Shown: in pieces, positions 52,480-64,000 of the stretch | Layout: the number at the start of each line of letters is the position of its first letter | How positions within the stretch are numbered: position 1 is the stretch's first letter | Origin: Epithemia pelagica | Taxonomy: Eukaryota; Protista; Bacillariophyta | DNA: 64,000 bases | Reading direction: 5' to 3' | Assembly (NCBI GenBank): GCA_946965045.2 | Contig: OX337241.1 | Coordinates: 992,001-1,056,000, forward strand | Position numbers and translations under genes: made by a program | Notes under the pieces: model-generated | Told to the model about the DNA's origin: nothing | The model's input: the letters and a program-made list of their open reading frames with translations, nothing else | Database searches by the model: none

Positions 52480-53885
52480 GATGATGATGACTCCGGGATG
52501 GCGAGGTGATGGATTGCCAACTTTTGGATCGCGTCCCAAATGAGAGGGAGGGACTGGCAAAAAGTTTTGTGGGTCTGGTTTTTGTGGGGTGTTGTGGTTT
52601 GTCGTGAGACTGTTTGTTGGGACAAATTCTGATTAACCAGCGTTTCGTTGGGCCTTCTATACAAGAATTCAAAATGGCTTCTACTGTTCTCTTGTGGTCT
52701 CTTTGTGTCGATTCTTGCATGAACGATGAACCCGGCAAGAGAGAAAAACTCGAATTCTCCAAGCGTAAATCGCAACGACATACTCCGAACTCCGAATTTC
52801 CTAATATTATTATCTACGTAGTCATGCTAATCGTCATGACTGTCATCTCTCTTCCTCCTCCTGGAGTCTGGTTTGCCCCTCGAGACTACAGATGCCCAAT
52901 CGTACTCGGTCTTAATCCAGTCAGACCCCGGGAAGGAAAAGATCGTATTGGGCTGATCTATTTGGGGGGAGCACTACCACCTTAAACGTGGCACAGGTTC
53001 TATAACTGCAAGCCGAAGGACATAGACATTAAAGACCACATTATCGAGCCCAACCAAGAACCAACTACGATTGGTATATATTCGACGATTGAACTGACAG
53101 GAGCATGACATTTTTGGCAGTATCAATTCCGGCATCTCCCCCGTCTGACAGACTTCGTTCCTCTACAAATGACTGGGACTGGCAGAGAGATTTATGGTGG
53201 ATCGTTGGCTGGTGTCGATCGAGTTCGGATGTCCGTATTCACTCTTTACTCTTTCCAATAATTCCTGTAGAGTTGCTATCAAAGTCATCGGATTCCAGTA
53301 CAGTACGCCTACGGATAATAAATAATAATACGAACGCTGGTAACTGGTACTCCTCTAGCTAGCTAGCCCTTTAACTGGTAGAGTACGAGTACTCGTAACA
53401 CTGGTAAAGCTGGTAACCTCAAACCTCATCATCAACATCAAACGACACGCATCTAGCTAGAATCTCTAGCTAGGAGTACTAGGAGTACCTAGAATCTCTC
53501 TCTACTACCTAGGGACTACCCAATCCCAATTCCCACTACAATAGGTAGGCGCGACCCCCATCACCATCGCGCAAAAAACCGACTCGGATACCCTACGCCC
53601 CCAAATCATTGGGGTCGCAATGGTGTGGACCTGCCCATCTACTCTACTCTTCAGAGTGAAGTAGTCGCTTTTAAAGCAGAAAAGTCACCTCTTATAGTTT
53701 GTCACATTCTTCATTTGACCAAAGTGCGACAAAAAAGTGGCTGGGGAGTATTACGTGAGAATCTTTTACCCCAGTGATTTGTGTGGTGATGCCAAATGCA
53801 ATGCCAACGAAGGAACCCACAACGACCCCATTCCACAGCCTTTGCGAATTCCACAACAATAATAGAAACAAGACAGAATCACACC

Positions 53886-55721
53886 ATGTCGAACCGACGC
53901 ATGGTTTCCTTCGCGGCAGCCCTCCAATCTTCCCAGGACGACGACGACGAGGAAGAAATTGGAAGCAAAGAGGAAGAGGAGGACGACGACGAGGACAATG
54001 ACGACGATCCACGATTGAGTGCGGCAGCCTTGTGTATTTCCTTTCGATTTCATCCGTCTATCGGAGCATCACACCCACAAACAACCAGTGTATTTGGTCC
54101 CGAATACACACATCAATGTTTTGAAGGAGAATATATACCCGGCTATCAACCCTATGAACGAGATGTCTTGCAACGATTTTTACAGCTCTTTGCCACGCAC
54201 CAATCCTCCTCCTCCAGTACCCCAACAAAGACCACGACTACAAGTCCTTCTGCTGCTACGACGACTAGCACCACGAATCCAGTACCACCACGCCATGCCT
54301 CTCATGCCCACTTTGAAACGGCCACTCACTCTTTGCGCATCAAAATTCATGTGGCACCATCCTGTGCCGTCTGCCAGGTTCAATTGGAAACACACCCCAA
54401 ACCAATGACCAGCAGCAGCAGCAGTAGCACCGATTCTCACACTACGGATCCTCCCTTGAAGAAACGTCCCAAGCTGGAACAAACAGATGCCAATGGTGAT
54501 GAAACCGACGACAATACGAACAACGAACAAGCACCCATGCCCAAGCCACAAATTTTGAAATGTCTGGAAAAAATGTTGCCCGACATGGTACAACGAGATG
54601 TTCGCAACGACTTTCTCGCGCAACCCTTTGGAACGGTGTTGCGCGAATATCATCGTCCAACGAGCAACAACAACAACAAGGATGCAGATAAGAAGGAAGA
54701 GTCGTTTTGTCTTTGCCTGGCGCATGGAAACCAGACTCCTGGTGTGGCAGCTTATCACAATTCGATTCAACGATTGGCCTTGGGATGGATTGAAACGGCC
54801 GATGCCATTGATATTACACATGCGCCACAGGCCGGTGGCCAATATTGGCAAATTCTCTACTTGTTTCAAAAACATTCCACCACTCGATATTCCTTGGCGG
54901 GATACATGACCTTGTGGACCGTCACATCTGTCTTGGCTCGACCCACACCGGGCGTCCTGTTACGCATTACCCAGGCCCTCTTGTTGCCACACTATCAACG
55001 ACAAGGACATGGTCAGGAAATGATTCGTGCCGTGTACCAATTGGCGCATGATCCTCCTACCGTGTTGTTGTCGAGTAGACGACCAGCCACCACAGTTCCC
55101 AAACCACCACCATCATCATCGTCATCCTCTATTTCCATCTTGTTGGAACGCAAAGACAATGATTATCCCATTGTCCAAGTCAATGTCGAAGATCCATCAC
55201 CAGGCTTTACTGCCCTTCGCAATTTGGTCGATTATACCATGTTTGTCGAGAATTCGGAATGGCAAGACCAGCTTCTCTGGCGTACCGCAACAACAACCAA
55301 CAAGAACAACGACGACAACACTGACAAACCAAACAAGAGTCGTCCCCTGGTTCCTTTAGACGATCCATACTTGATGGAACTGGCACATCGATCCAAACTC
55401 ACACCTCGACAAGTTCAAATTGTCTATGAACTCTTTTACTTGCGACAGTTGCAGCAGCACCAACAACTACAAGTACCAGCCACCACGGAACGGGACGACT
55501 CGTCCTCGGAAACCGCCGCCACTACAAGATTTCGGTTGCAAGTCAAGGAACGATTGTACAAGGAACACAAGGCCATGATCGAGTCCCTGAGCAGCAAGGA
55601 GGAAATGAAGAACATGCTCTCGCAGCTCTATGAAGAGGTCGTGGAAGCCTACCACACCATTTTGAACAAGGTACATGGAACCACCCCAAACGAAACCAAC
55701 AACAAGAACAATGACTCTTAG
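53886..55721 (+). CDS. HAT1: Histone acetyltransferase type B catalytic subunit (HAT1-like)
   Basis: PEYTHQCF, WIETADAID, LAGYMT, ITQALLLPHYQRQGHG (acetyl-CoA motif A) and VEDPSPGFTALR. Confidence 0.85.
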   Translation: MSNRRMVSFAAALQSSQDDDDEEEIGSKEEEEDDDEDNDDDPRLSAAALCISFRFHPSIGASHPQTTSVFGPEYTHQCFEGEYIPGYQPYERDVLQRFLQLFATHQSSSSSTPTKTTTTSPSAATTTSTTNPVPPRHASHAHFETATHSLRIKIHVAPSCAVCQVQLETHPKPMTSSSSSSTDSHTTDPPLKKRPKLEQTDANGDETDDNTNNEQAPMPKPQILKCLEKMLPDMVQRDVRNDFLAQPFGTVLREYHRPTSNNNNKDADKKEESFCLCLAHGNQTPGVAAYHNSIQRLALGWIETADAIDITHAPQAGGQYWQILYLFQKHSTTRYSLAGYMTLWTVTSVLARPTPGVLLRITQALLLPHYQRQGHGQEMIRAVYQLAHDPPTVLLSSRRPATTVPKPPPSSSSSSISILLERKDNDYPIVQVNVEDPSPGFTALRNLVDYTMFVENSEWQDQLLWRTATTTNKNNDDNTDKPNKSRPLVPLDDPYLMELAHRSKLTPRQVQIVYELFYLRQLQQHQQLQVPATTERDDSSSETAATTRFRLQVKERLYKEHKAMIESLSSKEEMKNMLSQLYEEVVEAYHTILNKVHGTTPNETNNKNNDS

Positions 55722-56202
55722 GGAAACGAGTCGAATGGCGGTTGTGCGAAATAGAATAGGGGGAACATGCACCCACTGTCCAATCGTCGGAGGTGACCTG
55801 GAGATTGGATCGCTCACGACTTGCCGTCCTGTCTCTCTCAAAGAAGCATTCCCTGTCTTTGCAAGCAGACTGGGCTTTGGAGCGTTTCGAAACCCTGGTG
55901 CCTCAAAGGAGGTCATGCCCACAAACGTATATTGTGGTCGGAACGGGTACAACGAATAAACGGGTTACTGCGCGGTTTCCTGTACGATATATAGTTTGAT
56001 TGTGGGGGTGAAACGGTTCCAATGGGGGAATCCTAATAGGGTGGCTGAAGTGTGAGATGGTATCCTTGTTTTTAGTTTGGCAAAGGTTACCTGTTTGTTG
56101 CTAGTACCGTTTTTGTAGGACTAGTGTGTGTTTTGTGGGCTGTTGTTTTGTGGCCGTATTGCTTTTGGAGCAGCTGCGGAAGACGTGCTGGTATTGATCC
56201 AA

Positions 56203-56320
56203 CAAATGGCTCGTGGCTCAAAGGCTCTCACAGAGAACCATTCCTTCAGAAACTATCCTTGCAAATGGTTCGTGGCTCCAAGGTTCTCACAGAGAACCAT
56301 TCCTTCAGCAGCTATCCTTG
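56203..56320. repeat. Tandem duplication, 2 x 59 bp
   Basis: 56203-56261 and 56262-56320 are near-identical (CAAATGG...CTATCCTTG). Confidence 0.9.
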
Positions 56321-56514
56321 CCGAACTTCTCCCTCGTCACAGTGTCGTCAAGTTATAACCATCCAGATCCAGATTGGGTTCTAGCACTGTTTACGCATTG
56401 TTCTACGAATTCAAGGCACGTTTGACGGATCAAAACCATCGTTTAGTCGCTGGTTATATGGTTGTACCGCAAACTTTTGGTAATGTAATGGTGGTAGCCG
56501 TGCATACAGCGGAA

Positions 56515-59500
56515 CTATGTTGAGAGCAAGTCGAAGGCTCCCGTACCATGTTGCATTGGTCGACCCATGACAATGTTCGCACTGGGGCTACACATGGTAT
56601 CAATGTCCTTTGTCATTGCAGCTTGTTTTAGAAATGAGGCAGTCGTTTCAAAACTCATTTGCAAAAACGCAGAACTACAGTCGCGCATGCCAATCCGACT
56701 CATGGGCTTAAAGCCTCCGCCAAAGGTCATATAATCGGCAATCAACGACAAATGCCGCGGGTCCACTTCAATACCATAGACGCCAAACACACCACGAACT
56801 TGCTTTACAATTGAATTCCGTGCAGCCTCGACACCGTATGCACAGCGAATCGCCCAAATGTCGTTGGAGATTAAACGATCGTGATCTACTTCACTCAAGT
56901 TCCACATCTCCTCAAAATTGACACCGGCCGTTTGAAGGCATCGACCTCTCCCATCTTCCTCCTCGTTCACAAATGCCTGTTCAATATTCTTCCGAGACCT
57001 GACAACAATCTTTTTCGCAGCAGCTTCCACGAGACCAACCATCAAGAGTGGCCGAGCCGCTGGGTCGACACGCAACGGAGGGAGAGCAATCGTGTTGAGC
57101 TTTGACACAACTTGTATTTTGTCAACCTTTTCAAACAAAGATTCGTTCGCGCCATCTTCTTCTCCTTCTTCTTCCTCCTTGTTTTCGTCCTCGTCCATAC
57201 CATCTTCTTCAATGTCTTCAACACTATCTTCCTCGTAGGAGACACTCTGTCTTCGTTGTGCCTGTCGATCTGCGTCCGCGCCATCTTCATCTCCAATATC
57301 GCTGTTATCATCATCGTCATCTTCGTCTTGATCATCCAAATCATCTCTTCGGCCTCCCTTGTCTTCCTCCCCCACGTCTAAAGTTCGTTTCTCTCCTCCT
57401 TCTACCTCCGTCGATCCAATGACACCATCTACCGCGGAACGTTTGAGCTCCTTCCTCATCATTTGCGCCAACAGGGGAATAAAGTTCGAGCCTACGACCT
57501 TCGCGATTCCATTCAAGGACAGACCAAAGGCCTCTCGGATTCGTTCTGTAGGATGCATCTTGATGCGCACAAAGTACGCCCGGTTCCAATCACCAGCAGG
57601 GCTTTGCTCCAGCTTCTCCGTCACGGCAACACCATGATCGCCGGATATTAACTCCATGAGCGTCAATTTCGTAAACTCTCGTGTTAGCCTGATTGTTGCT
57701 CGTTCGGATACTGAAGAGTTGAGGGGAACAGACATGGTCGGTGTTTTGAGGACGCGGGAGGCAGTCATGATGATCTCTCGTAGTCGCGGAATTCCCAACG
57801 TCACATTCGCACCAGCTCCAGCCAAATGAAAAGTATTCAATGTCATTTGTGTGGATGGTTCACCAATGGATTGTGCCGCGATGCTACCAACCGCCTCTCC
57901 GGGGGCACACAGCGAGGCACTGTACTTTGCTGCAATGAGAGAACCCAACTCCTGCGGTGTGACTCTGGAGGATTCCATTGTCTTTTGTAGCTCCTTGTTG
58001 CCTTTAATCTCATCATACGAGTATCGTGCCACTCGTTCACTTAGACTGGCACCGCTCGACCCAATAAGATGGCCTCGGTCCTTGGAAGAAAGGAGAGGAT
58101 CAAATGCTGTGGGTTTTACCAAGGTCGCAATACTGGATGCGATCTTTTCATTGCCTTTTCCCAGATCGACAGTCACTGGAACATTCTTCTGACAATGCCG
58201 ATCTTCCAAATACTCCAAATCCACCATATCTCCTCTTTGATTTACTTTTGTCACAATCGCATCAAACCAACCATGGCAAAGTGCACCTCTTTTCCAGGTG
58301 TTTCCCTCTCTCAGTCTCCGGGCTCGGACTCTGCCACCCGGTCGAAGAAGCTCTTTCATGGTCTTTTCTTGGAGCGAACTATGACGAAGAGAATCGGCAG
58401 CTGCCAAGTCAATTGTAGAGTTGGGAAGAGACGAATTGTGTCTTCCCACGGACGCATGATTTCGAGCCAAGAATGAAAGAGAGTTTGCAGAACAGCCCAA
58501 AAAGGGTCCCTTGGTGGGGTCCAAACCATCTTCACCATAGAGAAATTGAATCACACCACCTTCCGAGTTTCGAACAGTATAATCATAACACACTTTCAAC
58601 TCTTCCAAATGTTTGACCAAACATCTTTGCAAGTACCCTGACCGAGATGTTTTTACGGCCGTATCAACAAGACCTTCTCTCCCCGCCATGCAATGAAAGT
58701 AATATTCTTGAGGCCGGATGCCTGTCAGAAAGCGATCCATGACAAATCCGTCGGCTCTTGGATTGGGATCATATGGTGCGAAAGAAGGGAGAGTCCTACC
58801 GCTACTAAGACGAGGAACCCTTCGTCCTTCCAGTGCTTGTTGTCCCAATGCGCATGTTACCTGAGATTGATTGACAATGGAACCTTTCGCGCCGGTTGTG
58901 GTCATGATTCCAAACGTATTGGCCGGAAAGGGGACCACAAGTCCATCTGGAAGACATGATTTTACAATGGAACTTGCGAGTGGATTGAGTTTACCTTGCA
59001 TATACCCGTCCAAGGCGGCAAAGTTTGCTTTCCCCTCGTTTCCGGACAACAGTTCGCCAATCTTGGCTGATGCAGATGCTTTCTCAACCGGTCTCAGAGG
59101 CTCAGACGACTCAGCGGTTTCATCAATACGAATTTTGCCTCCCTCCGAGTCGGCCCAGGCCTTTGCTGCACGGGCACCAATATTGTAAGCTTTCTCAACA
59201 AGCTTTCGGCGCTCCGCATCGGCCGCTTTGGTCAAAATCAAGTCTTCTGTTCGACACGAGTGACCAGCAAAATATTGGACGTAGGCGGTAAAAAGTCGAC
59301 TTAGGGAACTGAGAAAGAGTCCAGCCTTTTCGGGACCATATGCTTCATAGATTGAATGAACCAAGGAGAAGTCAGTTGCCCCAAATGCAGCTTTATCCAG
59401 TACACCCCGAAGAAGCTCACTGTCTTGGACAATAACTAGATGTTCTTCTTGTTCTTTTCCAAAAGCCGATTCGTTGGTTTTCGCCTTTCTCCTCATGGAA

Positions 59501-62331
59501 AGCTTGGGCAGATTCGTAAGCTTATCGCTGTCACTGTCGCTCCCCTTGCGCAGGTGCAAGAGCAGAGTTGTAATGACTTGCTTGCCCGTCCACAATTGAC
59601 GCGGCTTGACGATAGCCGGAGGGACAAGTTCAATTTCGGCATCGGATCGAATGACTTCGAGACCAGGAAGACTGGCCAGACAGGCAAACAAGAGTTGTTG
59701 ATATTCCCATTTTTCCAAAAAGGTATCGCGTTTCGTCAACTTGACACCACCCACGACATGGTCTTGAATGAGCCCTCGTAACGGTGATCCATCGGTTGGT
59801 ACAATGTACTGCAAATCTGTTCGGGCAATATACATGGCCTCCGCACGGGCAATATCACTTTGTGGAAAATGACAATTCATTTCATCGCCATCAAAATCTA
59901 GAATACATTCACAATCATTGCAAGGATTAGCAACAAAGCCGAGAAAGCAACGTTCTCGGTGTACTTGAGTTCTTCTTCCTGCAGTGAAATTGCTTACCAG
60001 CGTTGTAGGTGTTGCAGTTGGCGTAGTGCATGCGGATGGTCTTTTGGGTGGGATTGTGTAAGATCCGTACACGGTGGGCCATGATTCCGGGTTTGTGGAG
60101 AGTGGGCTGACAACAGACAAGATAGAATCAGAGGTGAGACTACTCCACACGAATGACAAACCGTTGGTGTGAATCGATATGCGCATAAGACAAAAACATC
60201 CTCCGACCGGCAGGACATTCTCTCCTCTCGGAGAACAAGGTCCACCGGCTAAAATGGTCATAATCCGTCATTTCCGAGTCGGAGTGGTGCATGACAAAAT
60301 ACTCGTCGTTGGATATTCTGAATACGCTTCGAGTGATTTTCTTCGTCTCATTCTCTGAATAGAAAGCAAGAATCTCTTGTTGTACGCACCTGTCGATTCA
60401 TGAGGACGTAATCGCCGTCGACCAATTGTCGTCCCACAATGGTTGGTTTTCCACTCTTTTTCAAATTGGTCAAGAGCATGGCGGCTACGGCCGCTCGCGA
60501 TTGGGGTTTCATTTTACTCAAATCAATTCGTTTCCCATCGGCCGTTTGGACCCATCGGGCACCGGGGTAGTGCGAGGGACCTCGTTCGACCAAGGTTCGG
60601 AGTTCCTTGACATTGAGTGTCGTGACGGGTGTGGGATAGGTCAAGACGGTGGCAAAGTATCGGGGCAAACCAATTTCGTTCCCACCCACATACGGGTCCG
60701 GACTAATAACACTCCGACAGGCAAAGTCGACACGTTTGCCCATCATGTTTTTGCGAAACAAGCCCTCCTTTCGTTCCAAAATTTGACGAATTCCCGGCGC
60801 TACCAAATGACTGGGTACCGCCGATGGATCCTTGGAGGAATCCATAAAACAATTGACGGTCGTTTGCAAGTTAATCCAGGCCGTATAGGCGTTGGGTTCA
60901 TTTCCGGCGGCAAAGAGGGAACGAACGGATTCATTGAGTTGAATGACTTTGGTCAAGTATTGGTTCTGACTATGTTCGACTTGGGCTCCATTCATTTCCA
61001 TGGAAGGTCGAAACCGATTGGGAGGAACGGCAATGGCTTGAAGAAAGAAAAATTTGTACCCATGTTCATCAAAGTTGTTGTTTCCCGACCCAAACAAGCA
61101 ATTGAGAAGATACGGGTCGCTTTTCCAGGTTCGTTGCAATTGTGCTTGGATTTCCTTGGTATGCATAAAATGATCCTTTTCTTTCATTCCAGTCGTTCCC
61201 GCAGCACCCTCTTCGTCGTCATCATCGTCGTCGTCCTCTTCGTCGTCCACGTCCATATCGTCCGCTTCCTCGGGGGCAGCGACAATGGATCTTCGACGAG
61301 CGGCACTGTCATCGGAATTGTAGCCGTCATTGTTGGTGTCGTCGTGTTGACCGACCAAGGCCGATTGTACCAAAAGACCATCCAATTGATTTTGTTTTTG
61401 ATTGCGAGCCGACAAGAGTCCACGAAAAAACTTGTTGCTGGAATCTTGTCGAATTTTGGGAGAATAGGCCCCACAATGAGAACATCGTTTGGTACCCTTG
61501 CAGGCGGACAAACATTCCTTGATCAAGGCATCCCGGAGTGTGCGCTCGTAGGAATTCAACTTTTTGGTACTACGACCACCACCACGAGGGTTGCGGTCCT
61601 TGGATGGTTGAAATTCTCGCAAAAAGTCATCCAAGACCCGAGCACTTTCCACCGTGGAGAGTTTGGTGGAAGAACGACCACCGTCCGCATTGGTTTTGCC
61701 TCCACCATGTTTGGACAATACCACTTGCATTTGAGAATCCAATCCATGCAATTGATTGATTTTTCCTTGATACAAGAGATGGAATTTGGCTCGTGCCAGT
61801 GCCAATTGACGGGGTGGGGCCCGTAATTTGTGACAGACCAAACATTTGGATCGCAACAGGGTCAAAATTTCTGGAACGAGTAAGGGATGGTGCACCGGAA
61901 CGGCCAATTCAATGTGTCCAAAATGTCCGGGGCAAGATTGTTTCCGTAATCCACACGTGGGACAGGGAGGATCTCGATCGTTGGCGGGTCCCATGCGAGG
62001 ATCGCACAACCCACCCGGAAGTGCATGGTTCGATATACTAAAGGCTTGCGAACTGGTAATTTCAACCACGGATCGAGATCGAACATGTTCGTCTGTGTAA
62101 AACCTAGTAGAGAGATTTGTGAAGGAGAAATATATGGATGAGGAAAGTCACGTGAGCGAAAAGATTCTCGTTGGCTATCAGACTCCATCCTCCCTCCGAT
62201 ATCACTTGCATACAATCCTTTCGTGTCTCTTTCCAGACCGCATGAAATCGCATGCTTTTTGTCACCTACCCAAATTCTACCGACTGTACCTGTCGTCGAA
62301 CAATTCCATCGAGCGGGTCCGACGACGCCAT
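56515..62331 (-). CDS. RPA1: RNA polymerase I largest subunit, 4 exons (62331-62270, 62103-60390, 60106-59998, 59897-56515)
   Basis: CPTC...[25 protein letters not shown]|PTLH, NA|[40 protein letters not shown]. The Pol I-type [10 protein letters not shown] and acidic insertion are present. Introns 62104-62269, 60107-60389 and 59898-59997 are all GT-AG and frame-preserving. Confidence 0.95.
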
Positions 62332-62759
62332 GGTGATGGCTCCAAGAGAGAACACAAAATCGGAGCTTATGAATGGACGGGGAGCGAGGTGAAGAATTTG
62401 AATTTCGAAATTTGAATAAATCCATCGAGGGGCTTAAGTGAAAATGAGGTCAATTTCAATCGCACAAAGCGTCTGAAAAAGCAAAAATCATTCGCAAGCA
62501 AGCAAGGTCGATCACATGCTTTCTCGCAGTATTCGCACGTCGCGCACCGAGAGATCCGCCGTTAGAGGAGAGTAGGGCTGAGGGGTGGCACGCGCTTGCT
62601 CTGACCTCCACGTTTTCAACTAAAACACAACAAAATCTCAAAACCCTCCTTCCTTTTCTGTCCGGTGCGCAAAAAAAAACCCACCCGACAGTCGGTTGAT
62701 TCGTTTCACGATAAGAGGTCAGACCAACCAAAGAGTTCAAGACAACAAAGCAACACAAA

Positions 62760-64000
62760 ATGAATAAGGCTGCGCAAGAAAACCTTGAGATTCCACAGAA
62801 TCAGGAACGGCAAATTGTCAATGCCGAGGACCCTTCTACAGAGGAAGCGATGAAGGAACACGCCGTTGCCAAGAAGAAGCCGTCACGCCACGCACGCCCT
62901 GAGTACCCCAAGTTATCATTGATTGCTGGCGACACCGATGATTCGAGAGATGATGAGGAAATTAAGAAGGGCAAAGAAGAATGGCTGGAGAATGGGGAGG
63001 AGCAACTTAAGGAGAGACAGAAAAATGCTTTCGGTGATGATGCTCCCACTTTCTTTCGTGACTTGGACTCTGACGACAAAAAGTCAACGCGGTTTCTGAG
63101 AGCCACGGATATCTTGAAAAATATTTGGCCGGGTGGGGAAATCAATCTGGACGACATCGATACCATAATTGAGCGACTACAGAACATTCCATATCTGGGA
63201 AATGGATCCTTGAAAAACGATCTTGACCATGCCCGAGGGATTTGCAATGCCAGCGGCGACGACGACAATAATGACGGGATCAGTCCTGAATTGAAGAAAT
63301 GTTTGGCAAGCATTCCAGACGAAGGCGCTCGTAAAACTGCTTTTGCCAATGTTTTGGCGCTAGCAAAAAAAGAACAGTTGGGGGCAAAGAAAAAACAATT
63401 GTTGATAATAAGAAGCAATATTTCTGATGTCCTGGTTGAAGTCATGAGGAAGACAATGAACGTACATAACCAACTCTTATTTCTCTCTGGTTTGAACCAG
63501 GCCGAAGCGACAAAAACCACCTGTTCTCCTAGCGGTGGCGCGAATACCAACGAATCTACGGCCTCCAAGAAGCGAAAGAGGAATGAAGAAGAAGCAAAAC
63601 TCGAGGAAAGACGCGAGGTCTACCCGCTTGCAGAAGCGGAAACGATTTTTTCACCGATCTTGGAAGGTCCTGCAGACATTGAAGACGTTCTACAGGACCT
63701 TACCAAGGTTAGTCCACACGACAAAGCAGAAAAACGTCTGAGAAAGGTAATGACTGTTCTCGAAAGGTACCTTGAAGAAGCAACCTTTTTGAAGAACCAC
63801 GATAACCTGTACAGGGAAAAAGTAGAGAAAGGGCTAAAAGCCTTGCGGCACAAAATTCGTCAGACGAGCACGGAGCCTGAGGATTCTTATACCCGTGACT
63901 CTACTTCAACCAAGTCGAAAGTCGCTTCCTCTACTCCAACACCCGAAGAGAAATATGCACCCGGGGCGTTTGCCCACGAAAAAGATGGCACGCAGCCTTG
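62760..64000 (+). CDS. Hypothetical charged protein, runs off the window end
   Basis: My translation from ATG 62760 is stop-free to 64000 (MNKAAQENLEIPQ..., >410 aa). It is absent from the ORF track because no stop is included. Divergent from RPA1. Confidence 0.7.
   Translation, partial: MNKAAQENLEIPQNQERQIVNAEDPSTEEAMKEHAVAKKKPSRHARPEYPKLSLIAGDTDDSRDDEEIKKGKEEWLENGEEQLKERQKNAFGDDAPTFFRDLDSDDKKSTRFLRATDILKNIWPGGEINLDDIDTIIERLQNIPYLGNGSLKNDLDHARGICNASGDDDNNDGISPELKKCLASIPDEGARKTAFANVLALAKKEQLGAKKKQLLIIRSNISDVLVEVMRKTMNVHNQLLFLSGLNQAEATKTTCSPSGGANTNESTASKKRKRNEEEAKLEERREVYPLAEAETIFSPILEGPADIEDVLQDLTKVSPHDKAEKRLRKVMTVLERYLEEATFLKNHDNLYREKVEKGLKALRHKIRQTSTEPEDSYTRDSTSTKSKVASSTPTPEEKYAPGAFAHEKDGTQP

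Noticed and set aside
59898-60261. N-terminus of the 1248-aa ORF (MTILAGGPC...)
   Set aside because: Intron read-through; the true RPA1 sequence is recovered by splicing.
60107-60389. Intronic snoRNA in the long RPA1 intron
   Set aside because: No canonical C box (RUGAUGA) paired with a D box and terminal stem was found.

Overview
Eukaryotic nuclear DNA, most likely a pennate diatom (inferred from short GT-AG introns, CAA/CAC microsatellites in coding regions, CoDi-type Copia elements and a DUF6824-type protein). Host genes: GT31-like glycosyltransferase, DHHC palmitoyltransferase, LRR protein, cupin, ABC transporter, sulfotransferase, a UreD-UreF fusion, DUF6824 protein, HAT1 and the RNA polymerase I largest subunit (RPA1). 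They are interspersed with transposon islands. (1) At 6.3-13.1 kb a LINE remnant contains a long-TIR element with a 10-bp TSD, which contains a gag-less Copia with a partly inverted 5' LTR. (2) At 18.9-29 kb a decayed pogo element, a Harbinger with two intact ORFs and a Crinkler-like NTPase gene lie between two copies of a ~550-bp repeat. (3) At 41.2-50.3 kb there is a very young full-length Copia. Most notable: its identical LTRs end in AG...CT rather than TG...CA, and the first Copia has an apparent primer-binding site complementary to the D-arm of initiator tRNA-Met. All boundaries, splice sites and alignments were read by eye; no database searches were run.
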